Source: Paraphysomonas bandaiensis
Lineage: Eukaryota; Protista; Chrysophyceae
DNA: 64,000 nucleotides
Assembly (NCBI GenBank): GCA_965644295.1
Contig: CBFFRP010000577.1
Coordinates: 62,001-126,000 of the forward strand
Reading direction: 5' to 3'
Shown one piece after another: positions 25,001 to 34,933 of this stretch. The notes under the pieces are model-generated. The model was given only the letters and a program-made list of their open reading frames with translations, was not told the DNA's origin and did not search any database. Position numbers and translations under genes: made by a program. The first letter of the stretch is position 1; the number at the start of each line of letters is the position of its first letter.

Positions 25001-28000
25001 TCTCTTCCTACGTCTACACCGACAAGTGTCCCGACATCTGTGCCAACATCTGTACCGACGTCAGTTCCTACCTCAATTCCAACTTCAGTCCCTACTTCGA
25101 TTCCAACATCCGTACCAACGTCTGTACCGACATCGGTTCCTACATCTATTCCTACATCGGTACCTACTAGTGTACCGACATCGGTTCCGACGTCAGTTCC
25201 TACATCAGTACCGACGTCCGTCCCGACATCTACACCGACAAGTGTCCCGACATCTGTGCCAACATCTGTACCGACGTCAGTTCCTACCTCAATTCCTACT
25301 TCAGTCCCTACTTCGATTCCAACATCCGTACCAACGTCTGTACCGACATCGGTTCCTACATCTATTCCTACATCGGTACCTACTAGTGTACCGACATCGG
25401 TTCCGACGTCAGTTCCTACATCCGTACCGACGTCTCTTCCTACGTCTACACCGACAAGTGTCCCGACATCTATGCCAACATCTGTACCGACGTCAGTTCC
25501 TACCTCAATTCCTACTTCAGTCCCTACTTCGATTCCAACATCCGTACCAACGTCTGTACCGACATCTATTCCTACATCGGTTCCTACATCAGTACCTACT
25601 AGTGTACCGACATCGGTTCCGACGTCAGTTCCTACATCCGTACCGACGTCTCTTCCTACGTCTACACCGACAAGTGTCCCGACATCTGTGCCAACATCTG
25701 TACCGACGTCAGTTCCTACCTCAATTCCTACTTCAGTCCCTACTTCGATTCCAACATCCGTACCAACGTCTGTTCCGACATCAATTCCTACATCGGTTCC
25801 TACATCAGTACCTACTAGTGTACCGACATCGGTTCCAACGTCAGTTCCTACATCAGTACCGACGTCCGTCCCGACATCTACACCGACAAGTGTCCCGACA
25901 TCTATGCCAACATCTGTACCGACGTCAGTTCCTACCTCAATTCCTACTTCAGTCCCTACTTCGATTCCAACATCCGTACCAACGTCTGTTCCGACATCAA
26001 TTCCTACATCGGTTCCTACATCAGTACCTACTAGTGTACCGACATCGGTTCCAACGTCAGTTCCTACATCAGTACCGACGTCCGTCCCGACATCTACACC
26101 GACAAGTGTCCCGACATCTGTGCCAACATCTGTACCGACGTCAGTTCCTACCTCAATTCCTACTTCAGTCCCTACATCGGTTCCGACGTCAGTTCCTACA
26201 TCAGTACCGACGTCCGTCCCGACGTCTACACCGACAAGTGTCCCGACATCTGTGCCAACATCTGTACCGACGTCAGTTCCTACCTCAATTCCTACTTCAG
26301 TCCCTACTTCGATTCCAACATCCGTACCAACGTCTGTACCGACATCGGTTCCTACATCGGTACCTACATCGGTGCCTACTAGTGTACCGACATCGGTTCC
26401 AACGTCAGTTCCTACATCAGTACCGACGTCCGTCCCGACATCTACACCGACAAGTGTCCCGACATCTGTGCCAACATCTGTACCGACGTCTGTACCAACA
26501 TCAATTCCTACTTCAGTCCCTACTTCGATTCCAACATCCGTACCAACGTCTGTACCGACATCGGTTCCTACATCTATTCCTACATCGGTACCTACTAGTG
26601 TACCGACATCGGTTCCAACGTCAGTTCCTACATCAGTACCGACGTCCGTCCCGACATCTACACCGACAAGTGTCCCGACATCTGTGCCAACATCTGTACC
26701 GACGTCAGTTCCTACCTCAATTCCAACTTCAGTCCCTACTTCGATTCCAACATCCGTACCAACGTCTGTACCGACATCGGTTCCTACATCGGTACCTACA
26801 TCGGTACCTACTAGTGTACCGACATCGGTTCCAACGTCAGTTCCTACATCAGTACCGACGTCCGTCCCGACATCTACACCGACAAGTGTCCCGACATCTG
26901 TGCCAACATCTGTACCGACGTCTGTACCAACATCAATTCCAACTTCAGTCCCTACTTCGATTCCAACATCCGTACCAACGTCTGTACCGACATCGGTTCC
27001 TACATCGGTACCTACATCGGTACCTACTAGTGTACCGACATCGGTTCCAACGTCAGTTCCTACATCAGTACCGACGTCCGTCCCGACATCTACACCGACA
27101 AGTGTCCCGACATCTGTGCCAACATCTGTACCGACGTCTGTACCAACATCAATTCCTACTTCAGTCCCTACTTCGATTCCAACATCCGTACCAACGTCTG
27201 TTCCGACATCGGTTCCTACATCTATTCCTACGTCGGTACCTACTAGTGTACCGACATCGGTTCCAACGTCAGTTCCTACATCAGTACCGACGTCTGTCCC
27301 GACATCTACACCGACAAGTGTCCCGACATCTGTGCCAACATCTGTACCGACGTCAGTTCCTACCTCAATTCCTACTTCAGTCCCTACTTCGATTCCAACA
27401 TCCGTACCAACGTCTGTTCCGACATCAATTCCTACATCGGTTCCTACATCAGTACCTACTAGTGTACCGACATCGGTTCCGACGTCAGTTCCTACATCAG
27501 TACCGACGTCCGTCCCGACATCTACACCGACAAGTGTCCCGACATCTGTGCCAACATCTGTACCGACGTCAGTTCCTACCTCAATTCCTACTTCAGTACC
27601 CACTTCTGTGCCGACTTCTGTGCCCACATCGGTTCCAACATCGGTTCCGACGTCAGTTCCTACATCAGTACCGACGTCTACACCGACAAGTGTCCCGACA
27701 TCTGTTCCCACTTCAGTTCCATCATCAGTTCCTACCTCGATTCCTACTTCAGTCCCTACTTCGATTCCAACATCCGTACCAACGTCTGTACCGACATCGG
27801 TTCCTACATCGGTTCCTACATCAGTACCTACTAGTGTACCGACATCGGTTCCGACATCAGTTCCTACATCAGTACCGACGTCCGTCCCGACATCTACACC
27901 GACAAGTGTCCCGACATCTGTGCCAACATCTGTACCGACGTCAGTTCCTACCTCAATTCCAACTTCAGTCCCTACTTCGATTCCAACATCCGTACCAACG

Positions 28001-31000
28001 TCTGTTCCGACATCGGTTCCTACATCTATTCCTACATCGGTACCTACTAGTGTACCGACATCGGTTCCGACGTCAATTCCTACATCAGTACCGACGTCTG
28101 TCCCGACATCTACACCGACAAGTGTCCCGACATCTGTGCCAACATCTGTACCGACGTCAGTTCCTACCTCAATTCCTACTTCAGTACCCACTTCTGTGCC
28201 GACTTCTGTGCCCACATCGGTTCCAACATCGGTTCCGACGTCAGTTCCTACATCAGTACCGACGTCTACACCGACAAGTGTCCCGACATGTGTTCCCACT
28301 TCAGTTCCATCATCAGTTCCTACCTCGATTCCTACTTCAGTCCCTACTTCGATTCCAACATCCGTACCAACGTCTGTACCGACATCGGTTCCTACATCGG
28401 TTCCTACATCAGTACCTACTAGTGTACCGACATCGGTTCCGACATCAGTTCCTACATCAGTACCGACGTCCGTCCCGACATCTACACCGACAAGTGTCCC
28501 GACATCTGTGCCAACATCTGTACCGACGTCAGTTCCTACCTCAATTCCAACTTCAGTCCCTACTTCGATTCCAACATCCGTACCAACTTCTGTACCGACA
28601 TCTACACCGACAAGTGTACCGACATCTGTGCCAACATCTGTACCGACATCGGTTCCCACATCAATTCCTACTTCGGTACCCACTTCTGTTCCGACTTCAC
28701 TACCTACTTCTGTTCCAACGTCTATTCCTACATCCGTACCTACTTCTGTACCTACATCTACACCGACAAGTGTACCTACTTCATTGCCAACATCTGTACC
28801 GACGTCAATTCCTACATCACTTCCAACATCTACACCCACCAGTGTACCTACTTCTGTACCCACATCGGTGCCCACATCTGTTCCTACATCTATTCCGACA
28901 TCTGTACCTACGTCCGCACCGACAAGTGTACCGACTTCAGTTCCAACTTCAGTACCAACGTCTATACCCACAGCCATTCCTACATCGGTACCCACTTCAG
29001 TTCCGACGTCTTTACCTACATCCATTCCAACGTCAAACCCTACTTCAGTACCGACGTCCATCCCGACATCTATACCGACAAGTGTCCCGACATCACTTCC
29101 AACTTCAGTTCCAACATCAGTACCTACATCTGTTCCTACATCTGTACCCACATCAGTTCCAACTTCTGTACCGACTTCTGTACCCACATCCATTCCTACA
29201 TCGGTTCCTACATCAGTACCTACTAGTGTACCGACATCTGTTCCAACATCTGTTCCTACATCCGTACCAACGTCTGTCCCTACGTCTACACCGACAAGTG
29301 TCCCGACATCTCTTCCTACTTCAGTTCCAACATCAGTACCTACATCTGTTCCTACATCTGTACCCACATCAGTTCCAACTTCTGTGCCGACTTCTGTACC
29401 CACATCCATTCCTACATCGGTTCCTACATCAGTACCTACTAGTTTACCGACATCGATTCCAACGTCAGTTCCTACATCAGCGCCGACGTCTGTCCCTACA
29501 TCTATACCGACAAGTGTCCCGACATCTGTGCCAACATCGGTTCCTACATCTGTTCCAACTTCTGCACCAACCTCAGTTCCGACTTCAGTTCCGACTTCTG
29601 TACCCTCTTCCATCCCTACTTCGGTTCCTACTTCTCTTCCGTCGTCTGTTCCTACGTCAGTACCTACTTCTGTTCCTTCGTCTACGCCAACAAGTTTACC
29701 TACATCTGCTCCGACGTCTGTTCCGACGTCCGTACCCACAGCCATTCCAACGTCGATTCCAACATCGATTCCAACATCCGTACCTACAGCGGTACCATCG
29801 TCTGTACCCACATCCGCTCCTACTTCGGTTCCTACATCAATACCTACATCGGTTCCTACATCGGTACCTACTTCTGTACCCACATCGGTTCCTACTTCTG
29901 TTCCAACTTCCGTTCCTACATCGGCTCCTACATCTACACCGACAAGTGTACCTACATCTGTGCCAACGTCGGAACCGACGTCAGTACCTACAGCAATGCC
30001 TACTTCAATTCCAACCTCGATTCCTACGTCCATTCCTACGTCTGTACCCACTTCGATTCCTACATCTGTGCCCACTTCTGTACCAACATCTGTTCCAACT
30101 TCAATTCCAACCTCTGCACCGACATCAGTACCAACGTCTATACCAACAGGTGTACCCACTTCAGTTCCGACGTCGGTTCCTACTTCGGTTCCTACTTCGG
30201 TACCTACATCCATTCCTACATCGGTTCCTACATCGGTACCTACTTCAGTTCCCACATCGGTTCCAACTTCTGTTCCCACCTCAGTACCGACGTCTGTTCC
30301 TACATCTACACCAACAAGTGCCCCGACATCTGTTCCAACGTCAGTTCCCACATCAGTACCGACGTCTTTGCCAACTACAGTTCCAACATCGATTCCCACG
30401 TCAATACCTACTTCAGTACCCACTTCTGTTCCGACATCAGTACCGACATCGGTTCCAACGTCAGTTCCAACATCAGTACCGACGTCAGTTCCTACGTCTC
30501 TACCAACTAGTCTGCCGACATCAGTCCCTACATCGGCTCCCACTTCAGTTCCAACATCAGTACCGACGTCTGTGCCAACGTCTACTCCAACCTCACTGCC
30601 AACCTCAGTTCCAACTTCAGTTCCAACTTCTGTCCCGACATCTGCTCCTACATCTATTCCTACTTCAGTACCCACTTCTGTACCCTCATCGGTCCCAACG
30701 TCACTTCCCACCTCTGCTCCTTCGTCTCTTCCTACATCCGTACCGACTAGTGTACCGACATCTATTCCTTCATCTGTTCCTACGTCAGTTCCAACATCGA
30801 TTCCTACATCGGTTCCTACATCGGTTCCTACGTCTGTACCAACCTCGATACCAACTTCACTACCTACCAGTGTTCCTACTTCCATTCCTACGTCTGTTCC
30901 AACGTCAGTTCCTTCATCAGTTCCTACCTCTGTTCCTACATCAGTACCAACATCGGCACCAACAACAGTACCAACATCTGTACCGTCCTCTTTACCCACT

Positions 31001-34000
31001 TCTGTGCCGACGTCAGTTCCTACATCGGTTCCCACATCGGTTCCTACATCAGTACCTACATCGGTCCCATCGTCGATTCCTTCCTCAGTACCGACGTGTG
31101 TTCCTACGTCTGCACCGACAAGTGTCCCGACAGCTGTTCCAACGTCAGTACCTACATCTATTCCAACGTCTGTACCTACTTCAGTTCCATCTTCAGTACC
31201 AACTTCAATACCGACTTCTGTGCCGACATCTGCTCCTACATCAGTACCGACATCTACTCCAACGTCTGTTCCAACTTCGGTTCCCACTTCAGTACCTACG
31301 AGTGTACCAACAGCTGTTCCGACATCTATTCCTTCTTCGGTTCCCACTTCTGTACCTACTTCTGTTCCTACATCAGTTCCAACGTCAGTTCCTACATCAC
31401 TGCCGACGTCTGTTCCGACTTCAGTACCCACTAGTGTGCCGACATCTGTACCAACTTCGGTTCCATCATCTGTTCCAACTTCAGTACCGACTAGTGTACC
31501 AACTGCTGTACCAACGTCAGTTCCCACATCAGTACCGACATCAGTTCCCACATCAGTACCAACTTCTGTTCCGACTTCATTACCATCGTCTGCACCGACA
31601 TCTGTTCCGACATCGGTTCCCACTTCAGTACCTACTAGTGTACCGACATCAGTTCCGACGTCAGTTCCTACATCAGTACCGACGTCTGTTCCTACATCTA
31701 CACCGACAAGTGTGCCTACTTCTGTTCCAACTTCAGTTCCTACATCAGTTCCTACATCAGTACCTACATCGGTTCCCACTTCAGTTCCCACGTCAGTACC
31801 GACGTCTGTTCCTACGTCTACACCAACAAGTGTACCGTCGTCTTTGCCAACTTCAGTACCGACGTCTGATCCTACATCGGTACCCACTTCAGTTCCAACT
31901 TCAGTTCCAACTTCGGTACCGACTTCGGTACCGACTTCTCTGCCGACATCTGTTCCTACATCTGTGCCAACCTCGACTCCAACATCAGTGCCGACCACTA
32001 TCCCCACTTCGTTACCAACGTCTGTTCCTACTGCTGTTCCCACCTCGGTCCCGTCCTCTTTTCCAACATCAGTTCCTACTTCTGTTCCTACATCTACACC
32101 GACAAGTGCGCCGACATCTGTGCCAACATCTGTACCGACGAGTGTTCCCACATCCGTTCCTACGTCAGTGCCGACGTCGATTCCCACGTCAATACCTACT
32201 TCAGTACCCACTTCTGTTCCGACGTCAGTACCGACATCTGTTCCTTCATCGGTTCCAACGTCTGTACCGACATCAGTTCCTACCTCCGTCCCTACGTCTG
32301 AACCAACCTCAATCCCGACTAGTGTCCCTACTTCTCTTCCTTCATCACTTCCAACATCTGTACCTACAAGCATGCCAACGTCCGTTCCTACTTCAGTTCC
32401 CACCTCTGCACCGACATCGGTCCCAACATCAATTCCCTCATCTGTACCGACGTCTGTTCCAACTTCGGTTCCTACAGCAGTTCCGACTTCTCTTCCAACA
32501 TCGCTTCCGTCCTCGATTCCTACATCTGTTCCGACGAGTGTACCTACGTCTATTCCTACATCAGTGCCAAGTAGTGTTCCTACATCAGTGCCAAGTAGTA
32601 TTCCTACATCATTACCAACGTCTGTCCCGACAAGCGTACCCACCTCAGTTCCTACTTCCGTCCCTACATCGATTCCCTCAAGTCCTCCTACATCAGTTCC
32701 TACGTCTATTCCTACGTCTGCACCAACCGGAATTCCAACCTCAGTTCCGTCTTCCTTGCCAACAACTGTACCCACATCATTACCTACTTCGGTCCCATCA
32801 TCTATTCCTACATCTCTACCGACATCTCTTCCTACATCAGTGCCAACCTCGGTTCCTACATCGGTGCCAACATCTCTCCCGACAAGTGTACCAACCTCAG
32901 TACCAACAAGCCTGCCCACATCTGCGCCAACATCATTGCCGTCATCACTTCCTTCATCTCTTCCTACATCAGTACCTACGTCAGTGCCCACGTCAGTTCC
33001 GACAAGTGTACCGACATCTGTACCGACTTCAGTTCCCACATCTGTACCAACATCAGCACCCACTTCAATCCCGACCTCTGTTCCAACATCGATTCCCTCA
33101 TCAATTCCGTCATCAGCACCTTCATCAGTACCAACTTCTGTTCCAACTTCTGTTCCAACTTCTGTTCCAACTTCGGTTCCCACATCCATCCCGACTGCTG
33201 CACCAACATCACTTCCTAGCAGCGTTCCGACATCAGTTCCCACATCCGTGCCGACATCAGCACCCACTTCTGTTCCATCTTCGGTGCCTACAACCTTTCC
33301 TACGTCGGTGCCAACGTCGGTGCCTACTTCCATACCTAGCTCACTTCCCACTTCTAGCCCTTCTTCGATACCTACATCTGTTCCGACTTCTGTCCCAACA
33401 AGTATTCCAACGTCTGTTCCTTCTTCAGTTCCCACAAGTATTCCTTCATCTGTGCCGTCATCAGTACCATCATCGACACCAACTTCAGTACCCACATCTG
33501 TCCCTACCTCTCTACCTTCATCAGCACCCACATCAGTTCCGACTTCTGCCCCAACAAGTATTCCAACGTCTGTTCCTACATCAGTTCCCACAAGTATTCC
33601 TTCATCAGTTCCGACGAGTATTCCATCCTCTACTCCTACTTCTCTGCCGACATCTGTGCCTACTTGTGTTCCTACGTCAGTTCCAACCTCTGTGCCGACC
33701 TCTGTACCTACGTCGGTCCCAACTTCAGTCCCCTCATCGGTGCCAACGTCAGTTCCAACTTCGGTTCCTACGTCTCTGCCATCATCGGCACCGACTTCTT
33801 TGCCAACATCTGTTCCGACATCTGTACCCACTTCAATGCCATCAGCTATACCTACTGTAGTTCCCACGTCTATACCTTCGGCGGTACCCTCATCTGTTCC
33901 AACGTCTGTACCTACGTGCATTCCAACGGCACTGCCTACCTCAGTTCCTAGTACTGTTCCAACTTCCATTCCCACGTCAGTTCCGACTGCTGTCCCGAGC

Positions 34001-34933
34001 ACCGTGCCAACATCGATTCCGACTTCGTCACCTAATTCTGCACCTTCTTATGTGCCTAGTTCAGCCCCTACATCGGCTCCTACTTCAGTACCGTCTTCAC
34101 TTCCGTCGTCCATCCCTTCTTCAATACCTACCTCAGTTCCTACTGCTGCCCCATCTTTCAATCCAACATACGCTCCTACGAAGCAGCCAACGTTTGCACC
34201 AACTTTCACCCCAACTCTTAGACCAGTACTACCGAAATCACCGACTGTCGCCCCTAGCATTCGGGCACCTAATCAACCATCAAGAACCCCTACCCGTCAT
34301 CCGACTTTAAATCCAACGGTAACATTCCTTCCTACGATTTCGCCGACTTCATCATCACCAACTTTTTCCCCAACGACAGTCCCTACCAACGCCCCGACTG
34401 TAGCACCCACAACGTTCCCCACCGTTTCACCAACGTCACCACCAACTGCGCAGCCTACGGTAACCCCTACATCAACCCCAACTGGAATACCTACAGCACA
34501 GCCCTCTACCACTCCGTCAAGCTCACCTACTGCTACTCCATCAGCCCCAACCCCTTCCCCTATTGCTTTCGCGCCGACTCCGAATCCGACAAAGACACCA
34601 ACAGCAAAGCCTACCAGTGCCCCGACCAAATCTCCTATATCAGCGGCACCAACGTTTGCGCCAACTACAACTGCCAAAGTACCAACTGGTAGGAGAGGAC
34701 TCGACCCCACATCTGAACCTAGTGGAATGCCTGCTCTTACCTCGAACCCTAGTGTCGAGCCCTCCGTGCGTCCTACCCTTCGACCGACAATGTATCCAAC
34801 TTTTTCACCGACGGCTTCAACTTCCACTCCAAAACCAACTAACAAGCCTACTACAGCGCCTACTCTAGCACCAACAAGTGCTGACCGACGGCCCACAAAG
34901 AGACCAGTTTTCGATATGTCGTTTTTCGCATAG
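22079..34933 (+). CDS. Giant secreted mucin/proteoglycan-like protein, 4284 aa, nearly 1000 P-(T/S)-S-(V/I/L/A/T) tetrapeptides
   Basis: Single ORF with signal peptide MLLFKFLTVYCVLSHQLAHA, short acidic WSCSCS N-terminus, 12-nt periodic body with wobble-position variation, PTxAP-type C-terminus, no TM. Confidence 0.9.
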   Translation: MLLFKFLTVYCVLSHQLAHAASISVLSNSYAASGTYDEIKAQLDENQNTDSEAVGEGVWSCSCSQSFFPTSVPSSLPSSIPTSLPSSVPTSVPTSVPSSVPSSLPTSIPTSIPTSMPTSIPTSEPTSVPTSVPTSVPSSAPTSVPTSIPSSVPTAVPSSVPSSLPTSIPTSVPSVVPTSVPTSIPTSVPTSTPSSLPTCVPTSIPTSVPSSVPTSVPTAVPTSLPTSVPSSIPTSVPTSIPTSFPSSTPTSIPTCVPSSVPTSVPTSVPTAVPTAVPSSLPTSVPTSIPTSIPTSVPTSLPSSLPTSIPTSAPTSVPTSVPTSLPTSIPTGVPTSVPTSVPSSVPTSVPTSVPTSLPTSVPSSMPTSIPTSIPTSVPTSVPTSVPTSVPTSLPTSVPTSIPTAVPSSIPTSVPSSAPTSVPTSIPTSVPSSEPTSVPTSIPSSVPTSLPTSVPTSIPTSVPTSIPTSIPTSVPTSVPTSTPTSAPTSVPTSVPTSVPSSIPTSVPTSVPTSVPTSIPTSVPTSVPTSVPTSIPSSLPSSVPTAVPTSVPTSAPSSIPTSVPTSIPSSSPTSVPTAVPSSLPSSVPTSIPTSVPTSLPTSVPSSVPTSVPTSIPTSIPTSVPTSVPTSVPSSVPTSIPTSLPSSVPSSAPTSVPTSVPTSLPTSVPTSLPTSVPTVIPTSTPTGVPTSVPTSVPTSFPSSVPTSVPTSIPTSVPSSIPTSVPTSVPTSVPTSTPTSVPTSVPTSIPTSAPTSIPTSVPSSIPTSVPTSVPTSAPTSVPTSVPTSVPTSAPTSVPTSVPTSEPTSVPTSVPTSVPTSVPTSVPTSVPTSVPTSLPSSTPTSVPTSLPTSVPTSVPTSIPTSVPTSVPTAVPTSLPTSIPTSVPTSVPTSVPTSVPTSVPTSLPTSLPTSTPTSVPTSLPTSVPTSVPTSVPTSVPTSLPTSVPTSVPTSVPTSVPTSVPTSVPTSVPTSVPTSVPTSLPTSTPTSVPTSVPTSVPTSVPTSIPTSVPTSIPTSVPTSVPTSVPTSIPTSVPTSVPTSVPTSVPTSVPTSVPTSTPTSVPTSVPTSVPTSVPTSIPTSVPTSIPTSVPTSVPTSVPTSIPTSVPTSVPTSVPTSVPTSVPTSLPTSTPTSVPTSMPTSVPTSVPTSIPTSVPTSIPTSVPTSVPTSIPTSVPTSVPTSVPTSVPTSVPTSVPTSLPTSTPTSVPTSVPTSVPTSVPTSIPTSVPTSIPTSVPTSVPTSIPTSVPTSVPTSVPTSVPTSVPTSVPTSVPTSTPTSVPTSMPTSVPTSVPTSIPTSVPTSIPTSVPTSVPTSIPTSVPTSVPTSVPTSVPTSVPTSVPTSVPTSTPTSVPTSVPTSVPTSVPTSIPTSVPTSVPTSVPTSVPTSVPTSTPTSVPTSVPTSVPTSVPTSIPTSVPTSIPTSVPTSVPTSVPTSVPTSVPTSVPTSVPTSVPTSVPTSVPTSTPTSVPTSVPTSVPTSVPTSIPTSVPTSIPTSVPTSVPTSVPTSIPTSVPTSVPTSVPTSVPTSVPTSVPTSTPTSVPTSVPTSVPTSVPTSIPTSVPTSIPTSVPTSVPTSVPTSVPTSVPTSVPTSVPTSVPTSVPTSVPTSTPTSVPTSVPTSVPTSVPTSIPTSVPTSIPTSVPTSVPTSVPTSVPTSVPTSVPTSVPTSVPTSVPTSVPTSTPTSVPTSVPTSVPTSVPTSIPTSVPTSIPTSVPTSVPTSVPTSIPTSVPTSVPTSVPTSVPTSVPTSVPTSTPTSVPTSVPTSVPTSVPTSIPTSVPTSIPTSVPTSVPTSIPTSVPTSVPTSVPTSVPTSVPTSVPTSVPTSTPTSVPTSVPTSVPTSVPTSIPTSVPTSVPTSVPTSVPTSVPTSVPTSVPTSTPTSVPTSVPTSVPSSVPTSIPTSVPTSIPTSVPTSVPTSVPTSVPTSVPTSVPTSVPTSVPTSVPTSVPTSTPTSVPTSVPTSVPTSVPTSIPTSVPTSIPTSVPTSVPTSVPTSIPTSVPTSVPTSVPTSIPTSVPTSVPTSTPTSVPTSVPTSVPTSVPTSIPTSVPTSVPTSVPTSVPTSVPTSVPTSVPTSTPTSVPTCVPTSVPSSVPTSIPTSVPTSIPTSVPTSVPTSVPTSVPTSVPTSVPTSVPTSVPTSVPTSVPTSTPTSVPTSVPTSVPTSVPTSIPTSVPTSIPTSVPTSVPTSTPTSVPTSVPTSVPTSVPTSIPTSVPTSVPTSLPTSVPTSIPTSVPTSVPTSTPTSVPTSLPTSVPTSIPTSLPTSTPTSVPTSVPTSVPTSVPTSIPTSVPTSAPTSVPTSVPTSVPTSIPTAIPTSVPTSVPTSLPTSIPTSNPTSVPTSIPTSIPTSVPTSLPTSVPTSVPTSVPTSVPTSVPTSVPTSVPTSIPTSVPTSVPTSVPTSVPTSVPTSVPTSVPTSTPTSVPTSLPTSVPTSVPTSVPTSVPTSVPTSVPTSVPTSIPTSVPTSVPTSLPTSIPTSVPTSAPTSVPTSIPTSVPTSVPTSVPTSVPTSAPTSVPTSVPTSVPSSIPTSVPTSLPSSVPTSVPTSVPSSTPTSLPTSAPTSVPTSVPTAIPTSIPTSIPTSVPTAVPSSVPTSAPTSVPTSIPTSVPTSVPTSVPTSVPTSVPTSVPTSAPTSTPTSVPTSVPTSEPTSVPTAMPTSIPTSIPTSIPTSVPTSIPTSVPTSVPTSVPTSIPTSAPTSVPTSIPTGVPTSVPTSVPTSVPTSVPTSIPTSVPTSVPTSVPTSVPTSVPTSVPTSVPTSTPTSAPTSVPTSVPTSVPTSLPTTVPTSIPTSIPTSVPTSVPTSVPTSVPTSVPTSVPTSVPTSLPTSLPTSVPTSAPTSVPTSVPTSVPTSTPTSLPTSVPTSVPTSVPTSAPTSIPTSVPTSVPSSVPTSLPTSAPSSLPTSVPTSVPTSIPSSVPTSVPTSIPTSVPTSVPTSVPTSIPTSLPTSVPTSIPTSVPTSVPSSVPTSVPTSVPTSAPTTVPTSVPSSLPTSVPTSVPTSVPTSVPTSVPTSVPSSIPSSVPTCVPTSAPTSVPTAVPTSVPTSIPTSVPTSVPSSVPTSIPTSVPTSAPTSVPTSTPTSVPTSVPTSVPTSVPTAVPTSIPSSVPTSVPTSVPTSVPTSVPTSLPTSVPTSVPTSVPTSVPTSVPSSVPTSVPTSVPTAVPTSVPTSVPTSVPTSVPTSVPTSLPSSAPTSVPTSVPTSVPTSVPTSVPTSVPTSVPTSVPTSTPTSVPTSVPTSVPTSVPTSVPTSVPTSVPTSVPTSVPTSTPTSVPSSLPTSVPTSDPTSVPTSVPTSVPTSVPTSVPTSLPTSVPTSVPTSTPTSVPTTIPTSLPTSVPTAVPTSVPSSFPTSVPTSVPTSTPTSAPTSVPTSVPTSVPTSVPTSVPTSIPTSIPTSVPTSVPTSVPTSVPSSVPTSVPTSVPTSVPTSEPTSIPTSVPTSLPSSLPTSVPTSMPTSVPTSVPTSAPTSVPTSIPSSVPTSVPTSVPTAVPTSLPTSLPSSIPTSVPTSVPTSIPTSVPSSVPTSVPSSIPTSLPTSVPTSVPTSVPTSVPTSIPSSPPTSVPTSIPTSAPTGIPTSVPSSLPTTVPTSLPTSVPSSIPTSLPTSLPTSVPTSVPTSVPTSLPTSVPTSVPTSLPTSAPTSLPSSLPSSLPTSVPTSVPTSVPTSVPTSVPTSVPTSVPTSAPTSIPTSVPTSIPSSIPSSAPSSVPTSVPTSVPTSVPTSVPTSIPTAAPTSLPSSVPTSVPTSVPTSAPTSVPSSVPTTFPTSVPTSVPTSIPSSLPTSSPSSIPTSVPTSVPTSIPTSVPSSVPTSIPSSVPSSVPSSTPTSVPTSVPTSLPSSAPTSVPTSAPTSIPTSVPTSVPTSIPSSVPTSIPSSTPTSLPTSVPTCVPTSVPTSVPTSVPTSVPTSVPSSVPTSVPTSVPTSLPSSAPTSLPTSVPTSVPTSMPSAIPTVVPTSIPSAVPSSVPTSVPTCIPTALPTSVPSTVPTSIPTSVPTAVPSTVPTSIPTSSPNSAPSYVPSSAPTSAPTSVPSSLPSSIPSSIPTSVPTAAPSFNPTYAPTKQPTFAPTFTPTLRPVLPKSPTVAPSIRAPNQPSRTPTRHPTLNPTVTFLPTISPTSSSPTFSPTTVPTNAPTVAPTTFPTVSPTSPPTAQPTVTPTSTPTGIPTAQPSTTPSSSPTATPSAPTPSPIAFAPTPNPTKTPTAKPTSAPTKSPISAAPTFAPTTTAKVPTGRRGLDPTSEPSGMPALTSNPSVEPSVRPTLRPTMYPTFSPTASTSTPKPTNKPTTAPTLAPTSADRRPTKRPVFDMSFFA
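24581..28620 (+). repeat. 216-bp higher-order repeat inside the PTSV gene
   Basis: Marker TCTACACCGACAAGTGT at 24581, 24797, 25013, 25229, 25445, 25661, 25877 and 26093, then continuing mostly at 216-nt spacing to 28481. Confidence 0.92.

Noticed and set aside
24126-33860. 3244-aa alternative + frame ORF
   Set aside because: Shifted reading of CCN-ACN-TCN-GTN gives CNA-CNT-CNG-TNC, which cannot be stops. By-product of the repeat.
22270-34002. 3910-aa antisense ORF (VGTD repeats)
   Set aside because: In this antisense frame a stop needs a sense Tyr, His or Gln codon, which the PTSV array lacks, so it is open automatically. It has no signal peptide or unique ends.
4261-34933. Functional cell-surface/mucus cluster (mucins, CD36, lyase-like protein, anoctamin, K+ channel)
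   Set aside because: Interleaved with unrelated housekeeping genes; no evidence of co-regulation from sequence alone.
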